Source: Candidatus Eiseniibacteriota bacterium (GTDB lineage: Bacteria > Eisenbacteria > RBG-16-71-46 > SZUA-252). From it: 57,226 nucleotides of DNA. The translations under genes and the position numbers were made by a program. Below, in pieces: positions 39,481 to 48,618 of this stretch. The notes below the pieces were generated by a model that was not told the DNA's origin, searched no databases, and was given only the letters and a program-made list of their open reading frames with translations. Positions within the stretch are counted from its first letter, which is position 1. Every line of letters starts with the position of its first letter. The stretch lies in the NCBI GenBank assembly GCA_035494915.1, contig DATJGP010000135.1:1-57226 (forward strand), in the 5' to 3' direction.

Positions 39481-40080
39481 TCATGACTTCCTCCGGATCC
39501 TCGGCTGCCGCTGCTTCTTGCGCGCGCGATGCCCGAGCGGAGTGAGCAAGACGGTGATGGCGTACAGATCTCCTCGCGAGCGAGGGCGGCCGACGGCCTC
39601 CTCGAGCGAGACGATGTGCCGGTTCACATCGACGAGCTGGTCCGGCGTGAGCCATCCGGTGACCCGAAGACCCCACAGCTCCCGCCGTGGCCCGTGGGTG
39701 CGAACTCGCGCCGAGCCGGCGGCTTCCTTGAAGTCCCGGATCCCCAGGCGGAGCATCGACCCGACGATCGCGGTCACGGCCGGTGAGTTGCCTCCCGGCG
39801 ACGGATCGTGACGGAGCGACGGCTCTCGATACGCCGTTCGAAAGATCGCCTCCCGATGTCGTCCTCGCACCCGCGTTCCCGCCGGGGCGACGAGGCCGAC
39901 TCGCTGGAGCTCGCGGAGGTGATAGTAGAGACCGTCGGCGGGACGCCGGATGAGGGCGCCCAGCTCCGCGGCCGTCGTGGGGCCGGTGCGGGCGAGGAGG
40001 TCCACCAGCTCCTGGCGCACAGGGCTGGCCAGAGCACGGAGCTGGTGGCGATCCGAGATCGCCCGTCGGGAGGCGGCCAT
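39481..40080 (-). CDS. ArsR-like winged-helix transcriptional regulator
   Basis: 'LRALASPVRQELVDLL...TTAAELG...LYYHLRELQRVGLV'. Confidence 0.88.
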   Translation of the reverse strand: MAASRRAISDRHQLRALASPVRQELVDLLARTGPTTAAELGALIRRPADGLYYHLRELQRVGLVAPAGTRVRGRHREAIFRTAYREPSLRHDPSPGGNSPAVTAIVGSMLRLGIRDFKEAAGSARVRTHGPRRELWGLRVTGWLTPDQLVDVNRHIVSLEEAVGRPRSRGDLYAITVLLTPLGHRARKKQRQPRIRRKS

Positions 40081-40210
40081 GGCGGGAACGATACGCCGGC
40101 ATCACTGAAAAGCAAGGTCTACTTTCAAAGGTCCCACGTCCCGAGAGGCGGACGGGGCGGCCGGCTCGCGCCGTGCCGCCCCGGGTTTGGGCCTGCATGG
40201 AAACGTCTTG

Positions 40211-40687
40211 TTAGAGAACGAGCGTCCCCGTGCGGATGAGGTAGGCGAGCCGCTCGCGCTGCGCGGGATCGAGCAGCTCGTGGAGCTGGCGAACCGCCTT
40301 CACGACGGCCGCCTCGAGACGCTGCGTGCTCGCCGATTTCAAGGACGCGGCTTCCTCGGCCTTGGCCTCGGCGAACGACTCCGACCCCACCGCCTCGGCG
40401 AGCGCCGAGAGGCGGCGCCGCTCGTCCACCGCGTGCTGCGCGCGCTCGGTCTTGAGCTCGTCCAGGATTCGGGCGAGCTGGACGACCTGAGGCTCCGCGA
40501 GGCCGAGCTTGAAGGCGAGGAATCGAAGAGGACGGCGCACTCCGAAACCACCACCGCCGGCATCGGCCGCGGCGTCACGCGTGTCGGCATGACCCCAGGG
40601 CGATGCGTGGAGTGGAATGGAGTGGCGGGCCTGGCCTGGGTGAGAGCAGCGGGCGTGGACCAGGGCACGACGGAACGAATGGTGCAT
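40211..40687 (-). CDS. Spy/CpxP-like helical protein with a His-rich N-terminus
   Basis: 'KLGLAEPQ' and 'LHELLDPAQRERLA' (LTxxQ-like motifs); AGGAGG SD. Confidence 0.7.
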   Translation of the reverse strand: MHHSFRRALVHARCSHPGQARHSIPLHASPWGHADTRDAAADAGGGGFGVRRPLRFLAFKLGLAEPQVVQLARILDELKTERAQHAVDERRRLSALAEAVGSESFAEAKAEEAASLKSASTQRLEAAVVKAVRQLHELLDPAQRERLAYLIRTGTLVL

Positions 40688-40762
40688 CTTGTACCTCCTC
40701 GCGCCGGGGCGTTCGCTCCCGGCGGGTTCATGACGCGTGGGCACCATGCCTCACGCTTCCAC

Positions 40763-42085
40763 TTACGATGCGCCGCGCTCCGCTCTGGGTGCGGGGGCTT
40801 TGATTCCGAGCGGTCCCATGAGAGGCAGCACGAGCACGCTCAAGAGGCCGAACGCCCCGTCGAGGACCAGGGTGGCCGGATAGCCCCACGCCACGGCCGC
40901 GTGTCCCTGCCAGGCCGAGGTATAGGAGAAGACGAGGTTACAGAGCGCCATGTAGCCGGTGAACTGCGTGGCGGCGACGAGCGGATTCGTCACGTCCATG
41001 AAGATGGCGGTCCCGACGCCGTACATGAGCCCCTGGAAGACGGCGTACGCGAGGGTGAGCGACCAGAAGAGCGACACCAGGTCGGGCGCCGGGACGGGCC
41101 GGTTCGGAAGGAGCGGGCTCACGGGCAGGATCCAGTGGAAGTGCTGCATCGCGGCGGCCAGGGCGAAGGTCGGGAGCGTGGTCCCGATGATGAACACGGC
41201 GAGCGAACGGCGACGCCCCCACCGGTCCGAGATCCAGCCTCCGAGCACGCAGAAGCCGGCCGAGAGAAGCGTCGAGAGGAGCGACAGCGTCCCCACCTGG
41301 CGATCGCTCAGCCCCAGCTCGACCGCCAGGTTCGACTGGAGCGAGAGCGACAGCGCGTAACCGCCCATGGGAAGGAGCGCAAGAGCGATCGCGGCGAGCG
41401 CGGCCCGGCTCCCGGTGAAGGAGCGCGCCGTGTTCCGGACGAAAGTCGCGATGCCCCGCCCGACGGACGCGAGCCCAAGCGGCGGCCGCGGCGGGCCGGG
41501 CGGCTCGCGCATGGGCCAGGCGACGACCGCGGTGATGACCGCGATCGTGGCCGAAACCGCGACGAACGTGATCGGAAAGCCGGCGGCCGACGCCAGGAAC
41601 AGAGTGCCGGTCCCTCCGATCGCCGTTCCCAGGTACTGCCCTCCAAACATGAGCCCGTTGGCCAGTCCCCGCTCGTCGCCGCGCAGCACTTGCACCGCGA
41701 GCGCGTCGATCGCGACGTCCTGGATCGCGCTGCAGAGGTTGTGCACGACGAGAACCGCGGTGAACAGAGTGAGACTCGCGCGCATGTCGACCCCCATCGC
41801 GAGCAGGATCGTCAGCGACATGAGGCTCTGCGTGCCGAGAATCCATCCGCGCCTGCGCCCCCATCGATCGCTCGAGATCACGTCCACGAAGGGACCGAAC
41901 GCCCACTTCACCGCCCAAGGGAGCAGCAGCGCCGCGGTGAACATGCCGATGGCCGCGGGATCGAGCCCGAGGCGCCGCATGCGCGTCGCGACGGCGACAC
42001 CGGTGAAACCCGACGGAATGCCCTCGGTGACGTAGAGGAGGAAGAACGCGGCGAGCCGTCCTCGCCTCGTCGCGAGGAGGTTCAT
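40763..42085 (-). CDS. MFS transporter, AmpG-like
   Basis: 'LYVTEGIPSG', 'PWAVKWAFGPFVD', 'GRRRGWIL', 'SAIQDVAIDA' and 'ATQFTGYMA'. Confidence 0.9.
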   Translation of the reverse strand: MNLLATRRGRLAAFFLLYVTEGIPSGFTGVAVATRMRRLGLDPAAIGMFTAALLLPWAVKWAFGPFVDVISSDRWGRRRGWILGTQSLMSLTILLAMGVDMRASLTLFTAVLVVHNLCSAIQDVAIDALAVQVLRGDERGLANGLMFGGQYLGTAIGGTGTLFLASAAGFPITFVAVSATIAVITAVVAWPMREPPGPPRPPLGLASVGRGIATFVRNTARSFTGSRAALAAIALALLPMGGYALSLSLQSNLAVELGLSDRQVGTLSLLSTLLSAGFCVLGGWISDRWGRRRSLAVFIIGTTLPTFALAAAMQHFHWILPVSPLLPNRPVPAPDLVSLFWSLTLAYAVFQGLMYGVGTAIFMDVTNPLVAATQFTGYMALCNLVFSYTSAWQGHAAVAWGYPATLVLDGAFGLLSVLVLPLMGPLGIKAPAPRAERGAS

Positions 42086-42326
42086 GCGCCCGGTGAGTCT
42101 CCCGGGCCCGACCTATGCACGCACCCCGCTGGCTTCATGCGCCGCCCCCACGAGCTCCGAGCCATTGAGAGCGACCGCGGCCGAAACCGACGGCTCCGAT
42201 TGGGGTTGCGGGCGAAGGGTGAAGTGATGCGACAGCGCGTCCCGGCCGGGTGTCACACGCCGCGGCCGTGGGCCTTACAACGACGTGCAGTTTTGACCTC
42301 CGCCAAGCGCGGGGAGAGGAGAGGTC

Positions 42327-42581
42327 ATGGGGCGCTGCGAATGTTGCGGCAACGAGTATGACAAGTCCTTCGACGTGGTCATGGAGGGAAAGAGCCACAC
42401 GTTCGACAGCTTCGAGTGCGCGATCCATCTTCTCGCCCCGACGTGCGAGCACTGCGACTGCCGCATCATCGGGCACGGCGTGGAATCGGGCGGCGCGCTC
42501 TACTGCTGCGTGAGCTGCGCCCGTCAGACCGGGGTCGGCGGACTCCGCGACCGCTCCGAGACGGGACCGATGGCGCACTGA
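42327..42581 (+). CDS. Small Cys/His-rich putative metal-binding protein
   Basis: CECCGN, FDSFECAIH, CEHCDCRIIGHG and YCCVSCA; GGAGAGG SD. Confidence 0.85.
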   Translation: MGRCECCGNEYDKSFDVVMEGKSHTFDSFECAIHLLAPTCEHCDCRIIGHGVESGGALYCCVSCARQTGVGGLRDRSETGPMAH

Positions 42582-42594
42582 GCGGCGCCTAGCC

Positions 42595-43116
42595 TTACTT
42601 GGCCGGCTCGATCACCCCGCAGCCGACGCGCGCTCCCGAGTTGCCGGAGGGCTGCGTCACGAAGTCGTCCTCGCCCGCGTGGACCAGGATCGAGAGACCG
42701 GACAGGCTCTCGTAGACGAGCATCGAGTCCACACGATCGTAGTTCGCCTTGCCGTTGGCATCGGCTTCGAGATTCCCGAGATCCCCCGCGTGCCTCGCCG
42801 TCGGCGGAGCGGTCGGCGCGCCGTGGGGCGAGCCCGTGGGATTGAAATGCCCCCCCGCCGACGTCGCGTCGGGAGCGGAGCAGTCCCCTTTTTCATGCAC
42901 GTGGAATCCGTGCTTCCCCGGCGTGAGCCCCTCGATGGACGCGATCACGCGCACGCCTCCGTCCACCTTGTAGAAGCGGACTTGACCCTTCGCGTTGTTC
43001 CCTTGCGTCGGCGCGATCGTGGCGACCTGGTACTCCTTCGCGTTGCACGCCGTCAACAAAACGGTCGCGGCGCAGACCGCCACGACCCGTCCCAACCGTA
43101 GCTTCGATCCCATCAT
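42595..43116 (-). CDS. sodC: Cu/Zn superoxide dismutase lipoprotein
   Basis: Lipobox LTAC; HGFHVHE, SAGGHFNP, HG, HAGDLGN, VHAGEDD and GARVGCGVI. Confidence 0.95.
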   Translation of the reverse strand: MMGSKLRLGRVVAVCAATVLLTACNAKEYQVATIAPTQGNNAKGQVRFYKVDGGVRVIASIEGLTPGKHGFHVHEKGDCSAPDATSAGGHFNPTGSPHGAPTAPPTARHAGDLGNLEADANGKANYDRVDSMLVYESLSGLSILVHAGEDDFVTQPSGNSGARVGCGVIEPAK

Positions 43117-43310
43117 CCCCTCCTTGTTGACTCCCAGGAGTGACGCGCGTTCCGGCGTCCCCCGCTCCCCGTCCCCGGCGACACCCTAACGGCTGCGCGG
43201 CACGACGGCAATCCCCAGAAGGAGGGTGAGGCTCCACGAAGCAACCTGTATGCGAGGCTGGAGAGAAACTGCGTCGCGCGGGACGGCGCGAGCCTGGCTG
43301 GGGCGGCGGA

Positions 43311-44669
43311 CTAGCTCTGGGCGAACGCCTCGAGGATCCGGACGACGTGCTTCGCGTGCTTCAGGTAGTGGTCGACGCGGAGGTTCTCATCGGGAGCGTG
43401 CGCGCGCGTGTCCGCGTAACCCATCCCGGCGGTCGCGATCGGCAGGCCGAGGATGTGGATGAAGGAGTGGGTCGGCCCCGAGCCGCCGATCATCGGGACG
43501 ATCTGCGACGTCACACCGTACACCGGCTCCGCGGTACGCGAGACGAGGGCGAGGAAAGGATGATCGGGATCGGTGCGGCCGGGACCGGTCCCGCCCAGGA
43601 GCACCGCCTCCACGTCGTGGAACCCTTGCGCGTCGAGATGCGCGCGGAGGGAGCGGAACACGTCCTCGGGCATCATGTCGGGCACGAGCCTAAAATCCAC
43701 CTTCGCCGACGCGTACGCGGGGAGCACCGTCTTCGATCCGGGCCCCTGGTATCCGGCCGTGATCCCGCAGATCGTGCACGTGGGCTCGAACACCTCGGCG
43801 ATCTTGAGATCCTCTCCCTCGAGACCGCGAATGAAGCTCTGCACGCCGTAGAGCTCTCGAAATTCTCCAGTTCGATCCTTCGTCTCCGCCATGAGCTCGC
43901 GGTCGCGCGCCGAGGGAGCGCGCACCTTGTCGTAGTGCCCGGGAATCCGGATCCGCTCGTCCGGGCCCTTGAGGGTCGCGAGCGCCCATGTGAGCCGCCA
44001 GGCGGCGTTCGGGAAGATGGAGCCGCCGATGCCCGAATGCGCGTCGTGCGCTGCGGTGCGCACGCGCAGCTCGACGTAGCAGATGCCCCGGAGCCCGGCG
44101 TGGAGGAGCGGCCGCTCGTCGGGATCCACGTAGCCGAACTCCCACAGGCAGGCGTCGCCGCGCAGGCGGTCCTTCTCGCGCGCGAGGAAGGCGGGCATGT
44201 GGACGCTCCCGACCTCCTCTTCCCCCTCGATCACGAACTTGATCCGACACGGAAGCTCGCCGGCCGAGGCGAGAATGGCGTCCATCGCGTGGAGTCGCGC
44301 GACGAGGTGTCCTTTGTCGTCGCTCACGCCGCGACCGTAGAGCTTGCCGTCTCGAAGCGTGGCCTCGAAGGGAGGGCTCGTCCAGAGCTCGAGGGGCTCG
44401 GGGGGCTGCACGTCGTAGTGGTTGTAGATGACGAGCGTCTTGTCGCTCCGGCCGCCGCGCTCGGCGACGACCACGGGCGATCCTCCCGTCGGCAGGACTT
44501 CGGTGGCGAAGCCGCGCGCGCGGAGCATGGAGGCGACGAGGTCGGCGCATGGCTCGATGCCGAGCTTCTGGGCGACAACGCTGGGCTGGGCCACGAGCCG
44601 CTTGAGCTCGTCCAGACTCTGGTCGAGATTCGTTTCGAGCCAGCGGTCCATGGCATGGAGATCGGCCAT
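43311..44669 (-). CDS. M20/M25/M40 family metallopeptidase/deacylase
   Basis: Motifs YNHYDVQP, GRGVSDDKG, EGEEEVGS and AHAPDEN. Confidence 0.94.
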   Translation of the reverse strand: MADLHAMDRWLETNLDQSLDELKRLVAQPSVVAQKLGIEPCADLVASMLRARGFATEVLPTGGSPVVVAERGGRSDKTLVIYNHYDVQPPEPLELWTSPPFEATLRDGKLYGRGVSDDKGHLVARLHAMDAILASAGELPCRIKFVIEGEEEVGSVHMPAFLAREKDRLRGDACLWEFGYVDPDERPLLHAGLRGICYVELRVRTAAHDAHSGIGGSIFPNAAWRLTWALATLKGPDERIRIPGHYDKVRAPSARDRELMAETKDRTGEFRELYGVQSFIRGLEGEDLKIAEVFEPTCTICGITAGYQGPGSKTVLPAYASAKVDFRLVPDMMPEDVFRSLRAHLDAQGFHDVEAVLLGGTGPGRTDPDHPFLALVSRTAEPVYGVTSQIVPMIGGSGPTHSFIHILGLPIATAGMGYADTRAHAPDENLRVDHYLKHAKHVVRILEAFAQS

Positions 44670-44721
44670 GGCGTGGACTCTACGTTGCGCTCTGCGGAAC
44701 CACAAGGACGCAGGTGCGGAG

Positions 44722-45900
44722 TTAGAACCCCACGCTGAGCTGCGCCGCGAGGAGCGACGGCTCGAGGTCGTGACCTTCCAGGTGCGTGTGCTGGTAGACC
44801 AGCTTCGCGAAAATCGTGCGATCGATGCGGTAACCGGCGCCGATCTCCCAGCGCGCGATGTTCGAATCCCAGGTGTGGCTCACACCACTCGAATCCTCGA
44901 TGTCCGAGAAGCGCATGCCGTCGATGCGTCCCGCGGCGAACGCGCCGAACGGAAGGGAGTACTTCATCTCGACATAGCCCGTCGTGACGTCCAGGTCGCC
45001 CACGGTCGGGGTCTGCCAGGTATTCCATGCCCCCTCGCCGCGCACCTCGAGATGGCCTGTCGCGAACTCCATGTCCACCATGCCGAGCACCTGGTGGAAG
45101 TCGTTCACGCTCTGGCCGGGAGCGAGCTCCTCGTTCAAGCCATCGACGAGATACGGCCCGTACGCTCCCGAGACGCCGAAGCGCAGTCCCGGCGTCGGAG
45201 CGAGGCCGATCCGTCCCAGGACCGTCTTGCCGGTGTTCTCGTCCTCCACCGTGTTCCCCCAGCCCGGCGTGCCGGCCGTGATCCCCATCGAGTATTCGAG
45301 GCGCCCCTGACTGCCCACCGCGGTCACCCCGGCGTCCCACCACGAGTCGTCCACCACCGCCATGCCCTTGCTCATGGGAAAGCCGAAGTAGTCGACGCCG
45401 AGCTGCCCGGTCCCTGAGCTTGCGATCAGCACGTCGGCGCTCGGCGGCAGCGCGTACCAGAGAAGGGTCGTGTGGTACTGGTACAGGAGCGGCGTCGCGA
45501 TGAGAGGATTCTTGTTGGAGTACGTGCGTGGCCCGTAGGTGCCGATGGGCCACGGAATCTTGCCCGCCAGAAGGTGCGTGTCATGTCCGGCGAAGGGCGT
45601 GACGAGGACATAGGCCCCGTCCACGTAGGGAGTCGTCCCATCGCGCAGGACGACCTGTCCGAAGACGTCGACGCGCTCGTTCACGTTGCCTTCGATGAAG
45701 AGGCGCAGCCCGTAGGGATCGTACGGCGAATCGCCGCGCGTGAGCTGGTTGAGGACGTACGTGTCGCCACGCTGCGCCGCGACCACATCGAGAAGCCCGT
45801 GAAGCCGAAGCTCGGACGCCTGAAGCGGCGGGGTCGAGAGGAGCCCTGCCAGGACCAGGACGGGCCATGCCCAGAGGACCTGGCGGATGCGCGTGGTCAC
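44722..45900 (-). CDS. Outer-membrane beta-barrel (porin-like) protein
   Basis: Signal peptide, amphipathic beta-strands and a C-terminal Phe (AQLSVGF). The GTG start overlaps the kinase stop. Confidence 0.75.
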   Translation of the reverse strand: MTTRIRQVLWAWPVLVLAGLLSTPPLQASELRLHGLLDVVAAQRGDTYVLNQLTRGDSPYDPYGLRLFIEGNVNERVDVFGQVVLRDGTTPYVDGAYVLVTPFAGHDTHLLAGKIPWPIGTYGPRTYSNKNPLIATPLLYQYHTTLLWYALPPSADVLIASSGTGQLGVDYFGFPMSKGMAVVDDSWWDAGVTAVGSQGRLEYSMGITAGTPGWGNTVEDENTGKTVLGRIGLAPTPGLRFGVSGAYGPYLVDGLNEELAPGQSVNDFHQVLGMVDMEFATGHLEVRGEGAWNTWQTPTVGDLDVTTGYVEMKYSLPFGAFAAGRIDGMRFSDIEDSSGVSHTWDSNIARWEIGAGYRIDRTIFAKLVYQHTHLEGHDLEPSLLAAQLSVGF

Positions 45901-47738
45901 GCTGCGGCCTCCTCCCTCTCGAACGCCGGCTTGGCCGGGATCCGGAGCGTGAACACGGAACCCGCGCCGGGGCGGCTTCGAGCCGTGAGCGATCCACCGT
46001 GCGCCTCGGCGACGCCGCGCGCGATCGGGATCCCGAGGCCCAGCCCTTCCGAGCCGAACTCCAGCGTGGACGACGAGTGGTGATTCAGCGTGTCGCGGAA
46101 CGTGAAGCTCCGATCGAGCAGCTTCTCCAGGCGATCCTCGGCAATACCCTGGCCGGTGTCGGCGACATGGATCAGCAGATCGCTCCCCTCGAGCGCGGCG
46201 GAGGCGGTCACGCTGCCACCGTCCGGAGTGAAGCGGACGCCGTTCGAAACGAGGTGCGCCACGGCCTCCGTGAGGCGGGTGCCGTCGATCAGGAGGGGCG
46301 GGATCCCGGAGGGATGCTCCATGCGAATCTCGACGCGCCGGCCGCGCCCCGCGACGCGCGCGCGGCCGACCCCTTCCTCGAGGATCGTGCCCACGTCGTG
46401 GGCCCCGGTCTCGAGCACGAGCCGCCGGCTCTGGATCTGCGAGACGCGCCACGCGTCTTCCGCGATCCGCGTGAGGGCGGAGACGCCTCCCTCCATCGCG
46501 GAGACCGCTTCCTTCTGATGCGGCGTGAGCGGGCCCAGGCGCTCGAGCGACAGGAGCTCGAGGAAGCCCTTGAGCACGCTCAGCGGCGTGCGGAGCTCGA
46601 GCGACGCCACGTCGATGAAGTCCCCCTTGAGGCGCGCCACCTCCTCGAGGCTCTTCACGTACACGCGCTGCCGCTGGCGCATGTCGCGGAAGCGGATGGC
46701 GAGGTAGCCGATCTCGTCCAGGCTCTTGACCTGAAGCGGGTAGTCGTAGTTGCCGCGCTCCATCTCCTCGGCGCCACGCACGAGCGTGCGCACGGGCGCC
46801 GTGATGCTGCGCGAGATCACGTACCCGAGTGCGATCGAGAGCACCGCGCCGAGGAGCCCCAGCTCGAGGAGCGCCGTGCGCATGCGCGAGAGGAAGGCGG
46901 TCTCGGTGGCGAGCGAGCGCTGGATCGCGAAGAGCTGTCCCTCGCCCGGAGCCGATCCGCGGATGGGGCCGGCGACGGTGACGTACTGCGACGTCGCGCC
47001 CGCGAAGGTGAAGACCTCCGCGTCGCTCGGGCCGCGCTTCGAATCGCGCACCGGCGAGCGTCCCGAGGAGAGCGTCGAGGCGAGCGCGTGACGGTCGGAG
47101 CTCGCCTCGAGGGTGGATCCCGTGAGGGTCCCGTTCGAGACGAACGTGACTTCGCTCCGCGTCAAGGTGCGAAGGCGCTCCGCCAGGTCCTGTCCGATGC
47201 CCGCGCCCAGGAGAAGCAGGCCCACCCGGCGCGGCCCCGCGAGCACGGGGATCTCGGCGATCTGGAAGTGCCGGCCTCCGTCCGCGAGGATGCCCGAGCG
47301 CGGGTGTGCGTCATCCGGAACGCCGTGGAGTCCCTGGCTCGCCGACGCGCCGAGCCGGTCCCGGCTCGCATCGGCGACCACGCGCCCCTTCGCGTCGAAG
47401 ACGACGAAGAGATCGGCCCGGGTGATGGCGTTGAAGTCGGCGGCCACGCCTTCCGCCGTGGCCCTGACCTGGGGATCGGTGGCCGAGCCGGGGAGCGTGA
47501 GGATGGAGAAGAATTTCGGATCCTGCACGATCACCTGCCCCGCGATCGCGAGCTCCTCCGACCGCGCGCCGAGCATGTCCTCGAAGATCGACGCGGCGCG
47601 GATCAGATCCTCGCGCACGTTGCGCTCCGCCTGCTCGGTGATGCTCTGGTTCACCGTCCAGAGAACGGCGGACGTCAGCGCGAGCAGAGGCAGAACGGTG
47701 GCGAAGAGGATCTTCCAGTGGAGCCGGACGCCCTTCAT
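45897..47738 (-). CDS. Membrane sensor histidine kinase (Cache-like / HAMP / HisKA / HATPase) lacking the phospho-acceptor His
   Basis: Two TM segments; HAMP 'SITAPVRTL...DEIGYLA'; H-box reads ASLELRTPL; then 'LVSNGVRFT', 'DTGQGI' and 'GLGLGIPI'. Confidence 0.9.
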   Translation of the reverse strand: MKGVRLHWKILFATVLPLLALTSAVLWTVNQSITEQAERNVREDLIRAASIFEDMLGARSEELAIAGQVIVQDPKFFSILTLPGSATDPQVRATAEGVAADFNAITRADLFVVFDAKGRVVADASRDRLGASASQGLHGVPDDAHPRSGILADGGRHFQIAEIPVLAGPRRVGLLLLGAGIGQDLAERLRTLTRSEVTFVSNGTLTGSTLEASSDRHALASTLSSGRSPVRDSKRGPSDAEVFTFAGATSQYVTVAGPIRGSAPGEGQLFAIQRSLATETAFLSRMRTALLELGLLGAVLSIALGYVISRSITAPVRTLVRGAEEMERGNYDYPLQVKSLDEIGYLAIRFRDMRQRQRVYVKSLEEVARLKGDFIDVASLELRTPLSVLKGFLELLSLERLGPLTPHQKEAVSAMEGGVSALTRIAEDAWRVSQIQSRRLVLETGAHDVGTILEEGVGRARVAGRGRRVEIRMEHPSGIPPLLIDGTRLTEAVAHLVSNGVRFTPDGGSVTASAALEGSDLLIHVADTGQGIAEDRLEKLLDRSFTFRDTLNHHSSSTLEFGSEGLGLGIPIARGVAEAHGGSLTARSRPGAGSVFTLRIPAKPAFEREEAAA

Positions 47739-48424
47739 GGCGCGAGGGAGAGCTCGACGTCGCGAGTCTCGTTCTCGCCGACCGTGACCGAAGCGGTCTG
47801 GTCGCCGAGATCCGGATGCCACACCCGCACCGTGTACGTGCCGGCTGGGAGTGGCGGAAGCGTGAACTTCCCCTCCGCGTCCGGCTGCGCGAACCAGGCG
47901 TTCGGCAGCACGACGATGAATGCTTCCATGTTGGAGTGAATGTCGCAGTAGACGTTCACGAGCCCGGCCTTGTCGAACACGAGCGACTTGGACTTGCCTT
48001 GTCCGAACTTGCCGAGGTCGAAGCGCTTGGGCGGCGAGACGCTGAACACGTTGTGATAGATCGGATCCTGATTCGGGAAGTCGACCCTCGCGCCCACCGT
48101 GACCGGGAGCACGCGCGGCACGAAGCCCTGGTTCTTCTGCGCGAGGCGCCCGCCGCGGAGCGCGCTCGCGCTCGGGTCGTTCGCGAGACCCTGCCAGGGG
48201 CCGGGCGCGGGGCCCGCGATCGAGACGACCGCGTCGGTGACCGCGCCGCGCTTCACCGCGGACGCGCGCATCGACGATGCGCGCCCCGGGTACGGATTCG
48301 AAGGTCCGGGCGACGACGAGCCCGAGCCCGATCCGGGCACGCGGACGACCCCCCGGATCGTCGCCGCTTCGGAGGAAGTCGCGAGAAGGAGCAACACGAA
48401 TGTCACGATGACGTGATGGCGCAT
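47735..48424 (-). CDS. Secreted cupredoxin-like protein with a carboxypeptidase regulatory-like domain
   Basis: Signal peptide; 'FVPRVL...VDFPNQDPIYHNVFS...VYCDIHSNM'; 'PAGTYTVRVWHP'. Confidence 0.87.
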   Translation of the reverse strand: MRHHVIVTFVLLLLATSSEAATIRGVVRVPGSGSGSSSPGPSNPYPGRASSMRASAVKRGAVTDAVVSIAGPAPGPWQGLANDPSASALRGGRLAQKNQGFVPRVLPVTVGARVDFPNQDPIYHNVFSVSPPKRFDLGKFGQGKSKSLVFDKAGLVNVYCDIHSNMEAFIVVLPNAWFAQPDAEGKFTLPPLPAGTYTVRVWHPDLGDQTASVTVGENETRDVELSLAP

Positions 48425-48487
48425 GGACTGGCGTGAATCCCCGACGAATGGAGTTCGGGGAGCCCTCCTGGGCTCCGTCGATCATGC

Positions 48488-48512
48488 ATCGGCCTTCGGG
48501 CACATGGACTTA
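48488..48512 (-). promoter_or_regulatory. Candidate sigma28 (FliA/WhiG)-type promoter
   Basis: Minus strand TAAG-N15-GCCGAT. Confidence 0.45.
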
Positions 48513-48618
48513 AGGCTTTCGACCGATCGACGCATCCAACCGGGAGTGCCCCGGAGCCGGCTCGGCCGGCAGGGGTATAATGGGCGTGTCCCAGGACCCG
48601 ATTCGGAGAGCTCACCCG

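Noticed and set aside
40690-40760. Fluoride or guanidine riboswitch upstream of the Spy-like gene
   Set aside because: Only a simple hairpin is present; I could not find the conserved riboswitch nucleotides.
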